The notes under the pieces are model-generated. The model was given only the letters and a program-made list of their open reading frames with translations, searched no databases and was not told the DNA's origin. This document shows, piece by piece, positions 42,913-53,113 of a DNA stretch of 64,000 bases (within the stretch, counting starts at the first letter, position 1; each line of letters opens with the position of its first letter). A program made the position numbers and the translations under genes. Origin of the DNA: an uncultured Candidatus Actinomarina sp. (GTDB lineage: Bacteria > Actinomycetota > Acidimicrobiia > Actinomarinales > Actinomarinaceae); NCBI GenBank assembly GCA_902634185.1, contig CACPJC010000001.1:128001-192000 (forward strand). The letters run 5' to 3'.

Positions 42913-44931
42913 TCATAACACTAACAAAATTATTAAGCTAATAACTATCACTCCTATTAAAAAATACATTAAGTATTGTTGAGTTTTACCAGTTTGAATT
43001 AATTTGACTTTACTACCAATAGTGTCTGTACCTGTTGAGGATAAATTAAGTACCTTGTCAATACCTCCTTGGTCAAGATTTGTATATACAATTCCTCCTG
43101 CTTTTGAAGCAGTTGTCCCAACACCATTAACAAACCGATCAAGGACATTTGAATTAAATGAGTCAACAAATTTAGCAAAAGTTATTTTTACTGGATCAAT
43201 TATGAATTTGAAGTAGAAAAAATCTAAATAGTATTTATTTTCCAATAAATTCCATATTGGTTTTATTTTAATTTTTTCATCGCCGTCAGTTGCATTTCCT
43301 GAAATTTGATAGACGTAGTAGGCAAGTCCAATACCCAAAAGTCCGGATGTAAGACCACTGAACATAGCAACCAAATCAAATGATTCAGGATGATATTCTA
43401 CAATGTAATTTTTCCTGGTTGTAACCCATTTTGTAAATCCTGTATAAACACCAGGTATGTTTGCCCATCCTGCAACAATGGCAAAGCCTGATAATATTAT
43501 CAAAGGAATTGTCATCATTTTGTCAGATTCGTGAGGGTGTCCATCACCCCGATAGTCACCAAAAAATGTTAAAAGAACTGCTCTTGTCATATAAAACGCA
43601 GTGATAAAGGCTCCAAGAACTGAAATAATAAAATATAAATTATGCCCTTCATGATTGAGTGATGCGAGTATTTCATCTTTTGAGAAAAATCCAGCTAATG
43701 GAGGAAGTCCAGCAAGAGCTACAGTTCCAATAATGAAGGTTGAAAATGTTCTGGGCATTTCTTTCCTTAGGCCACCCATTTCAGACATGTTATTTGTGTG
43801 CACTGCATGAATTACCGAGCCAGCACCTAAAAATAATAAAGCTTTAAAAAATGCATGAGTCCATAAGTGAAAAAGACCTGCAGTGTATGCACCTGAACCC
43901 ATTGCCGTAACCATGTAACCAAGTTGACTTACTGTTGAATATGCAAGAACTTTTTTGAGATCATCCTGGACTACAGCAACTAATCCTGCTCCAAGAAGTG
44001 TTATTACTCCAAATAAAAGAACTATATCTAAGGCTTGTGAAGCCATTCCTTGGTAGAAAGGAAACATGCGGCCAAGAAGATAGACACCCGCGGTGACCAT
44101 AGTTGCTGCATGCATTAGAGCAGATACTGGTGTTGGTCCTGCCATTGCATCAGGTAACCATACATGAAGTGGAAATTGGGCACTCTTTCCCATTGCACCT
44201 ATAAACAGAAGTACTCCACCTAAATATGCTACGGTTTTGATATCTGCATAATCATGAGTTGATTGATACAATATCTCAGAAATTCTCAAGGTTTTTGTTG
44301 ATAATGCAAGAACAATGATTCCAATCATTAACCCAACATCAGCAATTTTATTAGTTATAAATGCTTTCATCGCTGCGGAAGAATTTTCCTTTTTTTCCCA
44401 GTAATGACCAATTAGTAGATAAGAACAAACTCCAACTAATTCCCAACCAATCAACAATTGCAAAAGTGTTGGAGAAGAGACTAAAACTAACATACTCCCA
44501 GCAAATAATGTGAGTGATGTAAAGAAGAAAGTATATCTTATTTCACCTTGCATATAATTTGTTGCATATATAAAAACTAAAGATGAAACAGTACCAACTA
44601 CGAAGTACATCATGATAGACAATCCATCTACGACCCAGCCAAACTCAAGATCATAAGAACCAATACTTCCTACGTTGATAAAAAATTCATTGGCGATTCC
44701 TTTTGTCGAATGCTCATAAAGTAAAGCTGCGCTAAATGAAAATATGAATAAAACTGTTCCTAAAGCAAGCTCTGCACCTTGTAAAGGGAGATATTTTCCA
44801 AAAAAAGTAATCAAAATTGCAGCTAAAAAAGGAAGTACAACAATCAACCAAGTAAATTCAGCGAGTACACCGCCATCAGTATATTCTGGCTTACCTTCAG
44901 CGAGTAAATTTATAAAATTCTGATTCACCAT
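42913..44931 (-). CDS. nuoL: NADH-quinone oxidoreductase subunit L
   Basis: GKSAQFPLHVWLPDAMAGPTPVSALMHAATMV, HAFFKALLF. Confidence 0.97.
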   Translation of the reverse strand: MVNQNFINLLAEGKPEYTDGGVLAEFTWLIVVLPFLAAILITFFGKYLPLQGAELALGTVLFIFSFSAALLYEHSTKGIANEFFINVGSIGSYDLEFGWVVDGLSIMMYFVVGTVSSLVFIYATNYMQGEIRYTFFFTSLTLFAGSMLVLVSSPTLLQLLIGWELVGVCSYLLIGHYWEKKENSSAAMKAFITNKIADVGLMIGIIVLALSTKTLRISEILYQSTHDYADIKTVAYLGGVLLFIGAMGKSAQFPLHVWLPDAMAGPTPVSALMHAATMVTAGVYLLGRMFPFYQGMASQALDIVLLFGVITLLGAGLVAVVQDDLKKVLAYSTVSQLGYMVTAMGSGAYTAGLFHLWTHAFFKALLFLGAGSVIHAVHTNNMSEMGGLRKEMPRTFSTFIIGTVALAGLPPLAGFFSKDEILASLNHEGHNLYFIISVLGAFITAFYMTRAVLLTFFGDYRGDGHPHESDKMMTIPLIILSGFAIVAGWANIPGVYTGFTKWVTTRKNYIVEYHPESFDLVAMFSGLTSGLLGIGLAYYVYQISGNATDGDEKIKIKPIWNLLENKYYLDFFYFKFIIDPVKITFAKFVDSFNSNVLDRFVNGVGTTASKAGGIVYTNLDQGGIDKVLNLSSTGTDTIGSKVKLIQTGKTQQYLMYFLIGVIVISLIILLVL

Positions 44932-45230
44932 TTCATTAAATCAAATTCATTAATATTGGCTGTTTCTCGATTTCTGAAAAGCATTAGAACAATAGCTAAT
45001 CCAATACCAACTTCTGCTGCTGCAATTGTGATAATAAATATTGAAAAAATCTGGCCATTTAAAAAAACATCTGAAAGCATAGCATTGAATGCAACAAAAT
45101 TTATATTTACTGAATTGAGAATCAGCTCAATTGAAAGTAAAACCATTACTGCGTTTCTTCTGACAAGAATTCCATAAATACCTATCGAGAACAAAGCTGC
45201 TGCTGCAATTAGTAATGGTTGAATGCTCAT
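44925..45230 (-). CDS. nuoK: NADH-quinone oxidoreductase subunit K
   Basis: RRNAVMVLLSIEL, AAAEVGIGLA. Confidence 0.96.
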   Translation of the reverse strand: MSIQPLLIAAAALFSIGIYGILVRRNAVMVLLSIELILNSVNINFVAFNAMLSDVFLNGQIFSIFIITIAAAEVGIGLAIVLMLFRNRETANINEFDLMKW

Positions 45231-45745
45231 ATTTGGTCTTCGTCCATTAATGCATTATCTTTTCTCGCTAGTGTAATGCCACCAATTAAAGCTCCCAACA
45301 AAACAAATGAAACTAGCTCAAAAGGAAAGACAAATCTACTCAGTAAAATTTCTCCTAATAATTTAGTAGATGTTCCTTCACTAATAACAACTGTTGAGTC
45401 AAATGTTTGTAGAAGAATATATGTAAATATTCCAAAAATTGAAAGTGATATTACAGCAGCCATTAATTTATTTTGATCATTATCTAGTTCAGCGTTTGGA
45501 CCTAAAGGAGCTCTAGTGATCATCACACCAAATAAAAATAGAACAATAACTGCTCCTATATATACAAGTATTAGGACTAAAGCTACAAATTCAGCGGATA
45601 ATAATATGAATAAAACAGCAGTAGTAGCAAGAGTAAATACTAAAAATATTGCAGCGTGTATAACATTTGAAGTGGTAACAACTTTTACTCCACTTAGTAA
45701 TAGCAACAGCAAAAGAAAATATGAAAATATGTCTATTGCTTCCAT
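45227..45745 (-). CDS. nuoJ: NADH-quinone oxidoreductase subunit J
   Basis: AEFVA, VYIGAVIVLFLF, PFELVS. Confidence 0.95.
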   Translation of the reverse strand: MEAIDIFSYFLLLLLLLSGVKVVTTSNVIHAAIFLVFTLATTAVLFILLSAEFVALVLILVYIGAVIVLFLFGVMITRAPLGPNAELDNDQNKLMAAVISLSIFGIFTYILLQTFDSTVVISEGTSTKLLGEILLSRFVFPFELVSFVLLGALIGGITLARKDNALMDEDQI

Positions 45746-46230
45746 TAGCTCTCTAAACCTGGACCTTCAGGAACTGTCTTTAACCATTCGTCAAGCCTGT
45801 CTTTATCATGGAGCATATCGCCCATAGAAAATTCTGAATATTCGTATTCCGGTGACCAGAACAATGCATCAAATGGACATACTTCAACGCATATCCCACA
45901 ATACATACAAAGTGCATAATCAATATCAAACCGATCGAGTACTGCCCTGCTTCTCTGACGTCCTCCTGGTTTTGAGGGAGGTTGTAGTTCTTTGTGACCC
46001 TCTATGTAAATACACCAGTCGGGACAAGATCTTGCACACAACATGCAACTTGTACATGCTTCAGAATCTAAAGCAATGACACCCCTAGTTCTCGGTGCGA
46101 GTATTTCTTTTTCAAATGGATAATTAACGTTAGGATTTTCAAAAAAAGGAAGAAGGGTTTTAAACATATTGCCAATAACAATTTTTAGTCCAGTTAAAAA
46201 TCCAGGAATCCTTGGTTTGAATTTTTGCAT
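45745..46230 (-). CDS. nuoI: NADH-quinone oxidoreductase subunit I
   Basis: Two CxxCxxCxxxCP ferredoxin motifs; likely start ATG 46230 (MQKFKP). Confidence 0.95.
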   Translation of the reverse strand: MQKFKPRIPGFLTGLKIVIGNMFKTLLPFFENPNVNYPFEKEILAPRTRGVIALDSEACTSCMLCARSCPDWCIYIEGHKELQPPSKPGGRQRSRAVLDRFDIDYALCMYCGICVEVCPFDALFWSPEYEYSEFSMGDMLHDKDRLDEWLKTVPEGPGLES

Positions 46231-47210
46231 TAAAAAACAACTTTCATGATTGCTGTAGCCATTATATTCAAAAGAGATAGAGGTATAAGGATTTTCCAAG
46301 CAAGAGTCTGAAGTTGATCCTCCCTAAATCGTGGAAAAGACCATCTAATAGCAATGAGGATAAATGCTAGTAAAAATGTCTTTCCAATTAGAACCAATGG
46401 ACCATAAAAATTAACCCATTCTGTCGGTAAAAGTGGGACATGATAACCCCCCAAAAAAAGAGTTGAGGCAATCGCACACATTACAAATAAATTTATATAT
46501 TCAGAAATATAAAAAATAAGAAATCTAATCCCAGAATATTCTGTAAAAAAGCCCATAGTTAATTCAGATTCGCCAATTGGCATATCAAATGGTGTTCTCA
46601 TCATTTCAGCAGTTGCAGCAATCATAAAAATAATAAAAGCAATACCCTGTCCTGCTATTACAAAAGGAAAACCAAATTCAATCTGTTTTTCAACTATTCC
46701 AACTGTTGACATTGTTTCAGCTTGTATAACGACACCAACTACAGATAAAATAAGTGGCAATTCATAAGCAATAAGTTGACCTGCTGCTCTTAAGCCACCC
46801 ATTAGAGAAAATTTGTTTGCAGAAGACCATCCAGCGGTAAGGACTCCAATGGTGGAAATGGAGCTAATTGCAAGTAAAAAGAAAACACCCAGTTCCAGAT
46901 CACGAACAATTAATGTGGGACTTAATGGAATAATTGTGAATAGGCCTACTACAGCAGCTATAACCCAAGCTGGCGCCCACTTAAATACGGGTTCGTCAAC
47001 ATCATTTGGAATGATTGTTTCCTTTTGTAGATATTTTGCAGCTGTTGCGAGTGGAAATATAAAACCTCTTAAACCAACATGAAGAGGACCTGGTCGCCTT
47101 TGCATCCAGGCAGAACCTTTAACCTCTAGCAATGTAAGTCCTAAAGCCATAACTGGAGCTGTAGCTAAAACAACCAAAACTTTGATAAGCAACTCGGTAC
47201 TAAAACTCAT
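46230..47210 (-). CDS. nuoH: NADH-quinone oxidoreductase subunit H
   Basis: MQRRPGP, GGLRAAGQLIAYE, RTPFDMPIGESEL, PRFREDQL. Confidence 0.97.
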   Translation of the reverse strand: MSFSTELLIKVLVVLATAPVMALGLTLLEVKGSAWMQRRPGPLHVGLRGFIFPLATAAKYLQKETIIPNDVDEPVFKWAPAWVIAAVVGLFTIIPLSPTLIVRDLELGVFFLLAISSISTIGVLTAGWSSANKFSLMGGLRAAGQLIAYELPLILSVVGVVIQAETMSTVGIVEKQIEFGFPFVIAGQGIAFIIFMIAATAEMMRTPFDMPIGESELTMGFFTEYSGIRFLIFYISEYINLFVMCAIASTLFLGGYHVPLLPTEWVNFYGPLVLIGKTFLLAFILIAIRWSFPRFREDQLQTLAWKILIPLSLLNIMATAIMKVVF

Positions 47211-48403
47211 CTGTCTACATCTCCAAGAACAAAATCTAAACTACCCATTATTGCTATCAAGTCAGGAAGCAAGGCCCCCTCAAGCATGATTGGCAAAATT
47301 GAAATGTTACTAAATGAAGCTGTTCTTATTTTTAACCTATAAGGTCCTAAACCACCTTCAGAAATAATATAATATCCCATTTCACCCTTTGGGTTTTCTG
47401 CTCTTACATATGTTTGCCCTTTAGGAACTTTTATAACTTTTGGTACCTTTGCTTGGATTGGTCCAGAAGGCATGTCTTCAATTGCTTGTAAAATAATTTT
47501 TGCAGATTCTCTCATTTCGGATGTTCTTACAGACCATCTATCAAAACAGTCACCATTTTCACCTATTGGTATTTCAAAATCAAATTTGTCATATGGTAAG
47601 TAATTTGATTGTTTTCTCAAATCAAACTCAACACCTGATGCTCTCAATATTGGACCAGATACTCCATACTCTTCGGCAACTTCTTTTGGTAATACACCAA
47701 CATTCTTTGTTCTAATTTGAAATACTTCATTTCCACCTATTAAATCTTCAAATCTATCAACAGCTTCAAGTACTTTTTGCATTGCAACTTTGGTATCGTG
47801 ATAAAAACCTGCAGGTAGATCCTGTATGTCTTTTTTTGTTGTTGGCCCAGCACCTGCGGCAGGTTTTACCCCACCGATTCGATTAAAGTTTGGATGAAAT
47901 CTTCCACCGGTAACTGATTCAAGCAAATCAAGAACCCTTTCTCGATCTTCCATAGCTAAAAATATAGGTGTAAGTGCGCCAATTTCGAGCGGGAAAGCTC
48001 CATTAAAAACAAAATGTGAACTTATTCTTGCCATTTCAGTCAAAATCAGTCTGATGTATTGTGCTCTTTCAGGTACTTCGATTTCCATTAATTTTTCTGC
48101 ACCAGCGATAAATGGAATTTCATTCGCAAAACCTGAAACCCAGTCAATTCTATTTACTAATGTTGTTACTTGTGGATAAGTTCTGACCTCTGCAAGTTTC
48201 TCATATCCTCTGTGCATATATCCAAGTACAGGTTCAACACTGGATATTTTTTCTCCATTAATTTTAGCTACTAACCTCAAAACACCGTGAGTCGATGGAT
48301 GTTGAGGGCCAATATTTAAAGTCATATCTTCTGTTTCTATTTCAACAGAAACTGATGCTTCAGATAAGATTGGCATATTGTTTGGATCCATTGTTTGAGC
48401 CAT
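47207..48403 (-). CDS. nuoD: NADH-quinone oxidoreductase subunit D
   Basis: NIGPQHPSTHGVLRL, GYMHRGYEK, ENPKGE, DFVLGDVDR; no NiFe-binding Cys motifs. Confidence 0.97.
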   Translation of the reverse strand: MAQTMDPNNMPILSEASVSVEIETEDMTLNIGPQHPSTHGVLRLVAKINGEKISSVEPVLGYMHRGYEKLAEVRTYPQVTTLVNRIDWVSGFANEIPFIAGAEKLMEIEVPERAQYIRLILTEMARISSHFVFNGAFPLEIGALTPIFLAMEDRERVLDLLESVTGGRFHPNFNRIGGVKPAAGAGPTTKKDIQDLPAGFYHDTKVAMQKVLEAVDRFEDLIGGNEVFQIRTKNVGVLPKEVAEEYGVSGPILRASGVEFDLRKQSNYLPYDKFDFEIPIGENGDCFDRWSVRTSEMRESAKIILQAIEDMPSGPIQAKVPKVIKVPKGQTYVRAENPKGEMGYYIISEGGLGPYRLKIRTASFSNISILPIMLEGALLPDLIAIMGSLDFVLGDVDR

Positions 48404-48963
48404 TAGCTACCTTCTTCTGAGACTACGATGTTATCTTCTGGCATACCTTCTACATCAACTTCACCTGGCCAAGGTTTAACTTCTCTACTTATCAACTCAA
48501 ATGATTTAAGTAGAGGATTCCCTTCATAAGCATCAGGAAGATAGAGTTTCTTTAAATTTGGATGGTTCAAGAAATTTATGCCAAACATTTCATAAGCTTC
48601 TCTTTCATGCCAGTTCGCTCCACCAAAAACTTCAACTAATGAATCAATCTGCGGATCATCTTTTGAAATCTTTGTAGATGATATAACTAAGTCGTCAGAA
48701 TTTGTTTTTGATAAACAACTTAATATTTCAAAACTTGGGGTTACTGGTTCTTTTGGTGCGTCGCCGGTCTTTACATCGTTATCCCAGTCAACAGCAGAAA
48801 GCCAATTAAAAAAATTTAAGTTAAATTCTACTTTCAATGTTTTATGCGTATCAACCCAAGACTGAGAATCTACTTCAATTTTTAATGTATCAAATTCAAC
48901 TGATGAATTTTGAAATTTACTTTGAATTGAATTTACGAATTCGTTTTGATCAGACTGGTTCAA
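48403..48963 (-). CDS. nuoC: NADH-quinone oxidoreductase subunit C
   Basis: [26 protein letters not shown]. Confidence 0.95.
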   Translation of the reverse strand: MNQSDQNEFVNSIQSKFQNSSVEFDTLKIEVDSQSWVDTHKTLKVEFNLNFFNWLSAVDWDNDVKTGDAPKEPVTPSFEILSCLSKTNSDDLVISSTKISKDDPQIDSLVEVFGGANWHEREAYEMFGINFLNHPNLKKLYLPDAYEGNPLLKSFELISREVKPWPGEVDVEGMPEDNIVVSEEGS

Positions 48964-49447
48964 TGTCTTTTTCTCTCCACTTTTCTTTCATATCTTCACC
49001 TTTTATTTTTTTCTGTAATAAAACTATTCCTTCTTGCAAAGCTTCCGGTCTTGGAGGACATCCGGGAACATAAACGTCAACTGGAATTAATTGATCTACT
49101 CCTTTTGTAACAGAGTAAGAATCCCAATACGGTCCCCCACTGTTTGAACATGAACCCATTGAAATTACATACTTTGGTTCCGGCATTTGATCATATAATC
49201 TTTTAACTGCTGGGGCCATTTTGTCGGTCACGGTACCTGCAACTACCATTAGGTCAGCTTGCCTTGGCGATGCAGGAAGTGGAATTATACCTAATCTCAT
49301 AAAATCATGTCTCGGTCCACTTGCTGCCATAACTTCAATGGCACAGCATGCTAAACCAAATTGAAAATACCACATATCATATGCTCTTGCCCAATTCAAT
49401 ATTTTAGAAATAGGCTTGGGAATTCCAAACTTTTCAATTACTCCCAT
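48950..49447 (-). CDS. nuoB: NADH-quinone oxidoreductase subunit B
   Basis: [28 protein letters not shown]. Confidence 0.97.
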   Translation of the reverse strand: MGVIEKFGIPKPISKILNWARAYDMWYFQFGLACCAIEVMAASGPRHDFMRLGIIPLPASPRQADLMVVAGTVTDKMAPAVKRLYDQMPEPKYVISMGSCSNSGGPYWDSYSVTKGVDQLIPVDVYVPGCPPRPEALQEGIVLLQKKIKGEDMKEKWREKDIEPV

Positions 49448-49803
49448 TTGAGGACATCCTTTCTAATGGCATATATCAAACCAAGTAAGAGAATAAAAAT
49501 AAAGATAAACATTTCAACCAAGCCAAAGTATCCAAGATTTTCAAGATTTAGTGCCCATGGAAAAATAAATACTGCCTCAACGTCAAAAATTACAAATAAT
49601 AAACCAAATATATAGTATCTAACATAAGTTTGGCTCCATCCACCACCTACTGGATCTACTCCGCACTCGTATGTTTTAACTTTTTCTGGAGTTGGTTTTT
49701 TGGGACTAAGTAATGCAGATACAGAAATAAATACTAGAAACAAGACAAGTCCGAGACCTATCATCGCCCCAACAGTAACGTAATCCTGAAAATAAGAAAT
49801 CAT
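49438..49803 (-). CDS. nuoA: NADH-quinone oxidoreductase subunit A
   Basis: [22 protein letters not shown]; leaderless TAAAGT-N6-ATG. Confidence 0.97.
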   Translation of the reverse strand: MISYFQDYVTVGAMIGLGLVLFLVFISVSALLSPKKPTPEKVKTYECGVDPVGGGWSQTYVRYYIFGLLFVIFDVEAVFIFPWALNLENLGYFGLVEMFIFIFILLLGLIYAIRKDVLKWE

Positions 49804-49879
49804 ATAATAACTTTAGTATGCTCTTAAAAAGTTTAGTTTTATTTCAAACTTCAGAGGAATTCTTTTGTAAAATTTTTTT

Positions 49880-50965
49880 ATGGATAAAAATAATTTTTTT
49901 CTAGATTCTCCAAATTTAACTGATCTTGTTCAGGTATTAATCAATAACATTTGTTCAGAAAAGATATTTAGTGTTAATCCAAAATTAGTTCTAAAAAAGT
50001 ACGATAAATCAATCAAAAAAATAAATTTTATTTTAGTTGATGGCTTAGGTAGCAAAAATATCGAAAATTTAGATAATTTATTTACCAATAACCAAACCGA
50101 TGAGATTGTCTCTACATTTCCCAGTTCTACAAGTGTTGCCTTAAGTTCTATTAATTTTGCTTCTAAACCAATAGATAATGGTTTGATTGGATATTTTCAT
50201 TTTGATAAACAGGAAAATAAATTAATCAATACCTTAAATTGGAAAGGTTCTGAGACTTACCTAAAAAATAATGATTTCTTCTCTTCCCAAAAAACTATTT
50301 GGAATATATTGAGTCAAAATAAAATTAATTTCAATGTTATTCAACCTAAAAATTTGATTGGTAGCCCTCTATCTGATCACATATATATGGGTGCGAATCA
50401 AATAGGCTATGAAAATTTAAGCGAGCTTGAAAATATTTTATCTTTACCCGAAATATTAGATAATCACTTTAATTACATATATTATCCAGTGATTGATGTT
50501 GCAGCACATATATATGGAACAAATAGTGACGAATGGCAAAATGAAGTTAACATCTTTTCAGATTTTTTATCAAGAATGATAAAAATAGATTCAAATAGAT
50601 ATACATGTATAACTGCTGACCATGGAGTTGTAAATATTGAAGACCAAAACAAATATAGACTTAAATATGATGAATCTGTAAAAATTTATGGCGATCAAAG
50701 AGCAGTATATATAAATGGGGAAGTTGAAAAAATTGAAAAAGTATTCAAGAACGTTCCAGGGTATTTTTTAGAAAAAGAAGAAATAATCTCTTTATTAGGT
50801 ACACCTACTAATGAACATATAGAGAATTTTTATCCAGAGCAAATTTTTCTTCTTGATGATGGAAACATAATTTTTCCAAATCATCTAAGTGCAAACTTAA
50901 AAGGCTATCACGGAGGAATTTCTAAGACAGAGGTCTCTATACCTTTGATTGAAATAATAAATTAA
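49880..50965 (+). CDS. Alkaline phosphatase superfamily protein (nucleotide pyrophosphatase/phosphodiesterase-like)
   Basis: LVDGLG, STFPSST, DVAAH, TADHG and YHGG metal-site motifs. Confidence 0.88.
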   Translation: MDKNNFFLDSPNLTDLVQVLINNICSEKIFSVNPKLVLKKYDKSIKKINFILVDGLGSKNIENLDNLFTNNQTDEIVSTFPSSTSVALSSINFASKPIDNGLIGYFHFDKQENKLINTLNWKGSETYLKNNDFFSSQKTIWNILSQNKINFNVIQPKNLIGSPLSDHIYMGANQIGYENLSELENILSLPEILDNHFNYIYYPVIDVAAHIYGTNSDEWQNEVNIFSDFLSRMIKIDSNRYTCITADHGVVNIEDQNKYRLKYDESVKIYGDQRAVYINGEVEKIEKVFKNVPGYFLEKEEIISLLGTPTNEHIENFYPEQIFLLDDGNIIFPNHLSANLKGYHGGISKTEVSIPLIEIIN

Positions 50966-51039
50966 TTATGGTCTTGTCTTATATAGGTATGTTGTTTGTC
51001 TTAATTATGATGATTTTTCTATTTAGAAAAATAAAGTAA

Positions 51040-51864
51040 TTAGTTTGGTTGGTAAGTCCCAAAGAAGACTTGCCAGGCAAGAGCAGTCTTTGCTAATAAG
51101 CTAAGCCATATATATGCCCTCTCACCGTAAAGATAATCTTTCCATTTGCCTACACCTTTATATTGGAGAACCATGTTTATTGAAAAAGTGTTAAAGAATA
51201 AAAATATACTTACAAAAATCCAGACAACAAACTGAGGTACACCTTGTGGGTTTGAATCTGTTGCAACACCATCCCCAATTAAATTGATAAATATGAAAAT
51301 CCATGGTGCAACACCTACAAGACAACCCATAATGTAACTTGTCCAGTCGACTTTTTCAGTATATTGATTGTTGACTTCCATCATCCACCCAAACCAACAC
51401 ATTGCAGCATTCATAAAAAATATACCAAGTAATGCCCAGATATCATAAATTCCAACTAGTAAGGCAATTAAAACTATCATGACAGAAGCACTTATGGAGT
51501 ATTCAATCCAACGAACTTTATTGATTCCTTTTCCAAGGTCTTCTTGGTATTTATTGTAAAAAGGACCTGATATCAAAAAATGTGCAACTGCGGATGCTAA
51601 CAAGAAGGTTGCAACAGCAGGTCCAAAGTTTGTTACTTCTCTCCATATTTCTAATTTTGGTACTAAAGCAAATGATGATGGATCATTTGGACTGCCCTCT
51701 CCGACCAATTGTGTAAGAGTTATTGGGACTACAAAATCAGAATTTACTACAGTTCCTAACCAAAATAATGCTGATCCTTGGACAAGGTGCATAAAGCCCA
51801 TAATGATATTAAAACGCCTTAATTTTCGGATTTTTTCAGATATCAAATTTCCCCCCTTTGACAC
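51040..51864 (-). CDS. Heliorhodopsin
   Basis: LRRFN..MGFMHLVQ, AHF, RWIEYSISAS (counterion Glu), YGERAYIWLSLLAK (retinal Lys): type-3 rhodopsin signature. Confidence 0.95.
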   Translation of the reverse strand: MSKGGNLISEKIRKLRRFNIIMGFMHLVQGSALFWLGTVVNSDFVVPITLTQLVGEGSPNDPSSFALVPKLEIWREVTNFGPAVATFLLASAVAHFLISGPFYNKYQEDLGKGINKVRWIEYSISASVMIVLIALLVGIYDIWALLGIFFMNAAMCWFGWMMEVNNQYTEKVDWTSYIMGCLVGVAPWIFIFINLIGDGVATDSNPQGVPQFVVWIFVSIFLFFNTFSINMVLQYKGVGKWKDYLYGERAYIWLSLLAKTALAWQVFFGTYQPN

Positions 51865-51902
51865 TCATATATTAATATGGAATTTACAAACATCTACCAA
51901 AA

Positions 51903-52097
51903 ATGAATAAACAAGAAATTTATCAAGAAATTCAAAAAATTCTACATGAAATTAATGATATTTCAAAGTCTTTATCTTCTTCAAGAGAGTTTATATCTGA
52001 AGATTCAAATAAAAGAGCTCAAGTAAGACTGGCAGAGATCGAGAGTGACTTGCAAACTATTGCTGGAAGAATAGCAAAAATTAGTTCAGTTCTTTGA
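51903..52097 (+). CDS. Small helical/coiled-coil hypothetical protein
   Basis: 64 aa with an amphipathic heptad pattern; ATG start; fills the gap divergent from heliorhodopsin. Confidence 0.6.
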   Translation: MNKQEIYQEIQKILHEINDISKSLSSSREFISEDSNKRAQVRLAEIESDLQTIAGRIAKISSVL

Positions 52098-53111
52098 AGG
52101 AAATGTAGTGACTTCAGTCACATCTATACAAACTTTATCACCTGGTTCAAAAATCATAGATGGCAAAGATCTTGCTCTAAATATCTCACCGTTTTTGTTT
52201 TCAAATGAAATTACTTGATCATGCCCATAAAAAATACATTCTTTAACGACATAATCCCCATTGGAATCTAGGTTGACTTCAATACATTCAGGTCTTATCG
52301 AAACATCTAATTCTCCATCATAAGCAGAATTGAATGTTCCTAATGATGTTTTAACTCTTCCGTTTGTTGATACTCCTTTTATGATATTTGGATCTCCAAC
52401 AGAGTTTGCAACAGTTTGACTTATTGGATTGAGATATATTTCCTGCGGAGTAGCACTTTGGATCACTTTACCATTTTCAAGAACACTCACAATATCACAA
52501 ACTGATAGTGCTTCTTCCTGATCATGAGTAACTATGATTCCAGTTGTTTTAGTGGCTCTTAATAATGAAACAACTTCTTCTCTTAAGTCTCTTGCCATCT
52601 GTGCATCTAAACTTGTGAAAGGTTCGTCTAGCAAAACCACTTCTGGATTTGGAGCCAATGCTCTTGCTAGCGCTACCCTTTGTTGTTGACCTCCTGATAT
52701 ATCCTGTGGAAATTTTTTTCTGTATGAACTTAAGTTTGTCATACTTATTACCTCATCGAGTCTTCCGTTTTTAATTTCTTCTTTACTTAAACCAAAAGCA
52801 ATATTTTTTTCAACTGTTAAATGAGGGAATAGTGCATAATCTTGAAATACCATACCAATTTTTCTTTTTTCAGGTGGTACGTTAGTTTTCTCATCAAATA
52901 TAACTTTGTTATGCATTTCGATTGTTCCTTGATCTGGGTTTTCAAAACCAGCTAGAAGTCTTAATGCTGTTGTTTTACCAGAACCAGAGACACCTAAAAT
53001 TCCAAATATTGATCCGTACCAAATGTCAATATTGAAATCCGTTAAAACATCTTCACTGCCATAAGATTTTGAAAGGGATCTTGCTCTTATAATTAAATTA
53101 TCGAATACCAT
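52086..53111 (-). CDS. Fe(III) ABC transporter ATP-binding protein (FbpC/FutC-like)
   Basis: GVSGSGKTT, VFQDYALFPHL, ISGGQQQR, LLDEPF; likely start ATG 53111. Confidence 0.92.
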   Translation of the reverse strand: MVFDNLIIRARSLSKSYGSEDVLTDFNIDIWYGSIFGILGVSGSGKTTALRLLAGFENPDQGTIEMHNKVIFDEKTNVPPEKRKIGMVFQDYALFPHLTVEKNIAFGLSKEEIKNGRLDEVISMTNLSSYRKKFPQDISGGQQQRVALARALAPNPEVVLLDEPFTSLDAQMARDLREEVVSLLRATKTTGIIVTHDQEEALSVCDIVSVLENGKVIQSATPQEIYLNPISQTVANSVGDPNIIKGVSTNGRVKTSLGTFNSAYDGELDVSIRPECIEVNLDSNGDYVVKECIFYGHDQVISFENKNGEIFRARSLPSMIFEPGDKVCIDVTEVTTFPSKN

Positions 53112-53113
53112 AT

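Noticed and set aside
46231-46299. N-terminal extension of NuoI; similar extensions in the ORFs for rplJ, the Fe ABC ATPase and the ABC-2 permease
   Set aside because: Artefacts of longest-ORF calling into upstream genes or leaders.
47207-49447. Possible group 4 [NiFe]-hydrogenase instead of complex I
   Set aside because: The large subunit lacks the CxxC Ni-binding motifs and ends DFVLGDVDR like NuoD.
51040-51864. Proton-pumping rhodopsin (MACR/proteorhodopsin)
   Set aside because: Has RWIEYS and SLLAK heliorhodopsin motifs rather than RYxDW and DxxxK.
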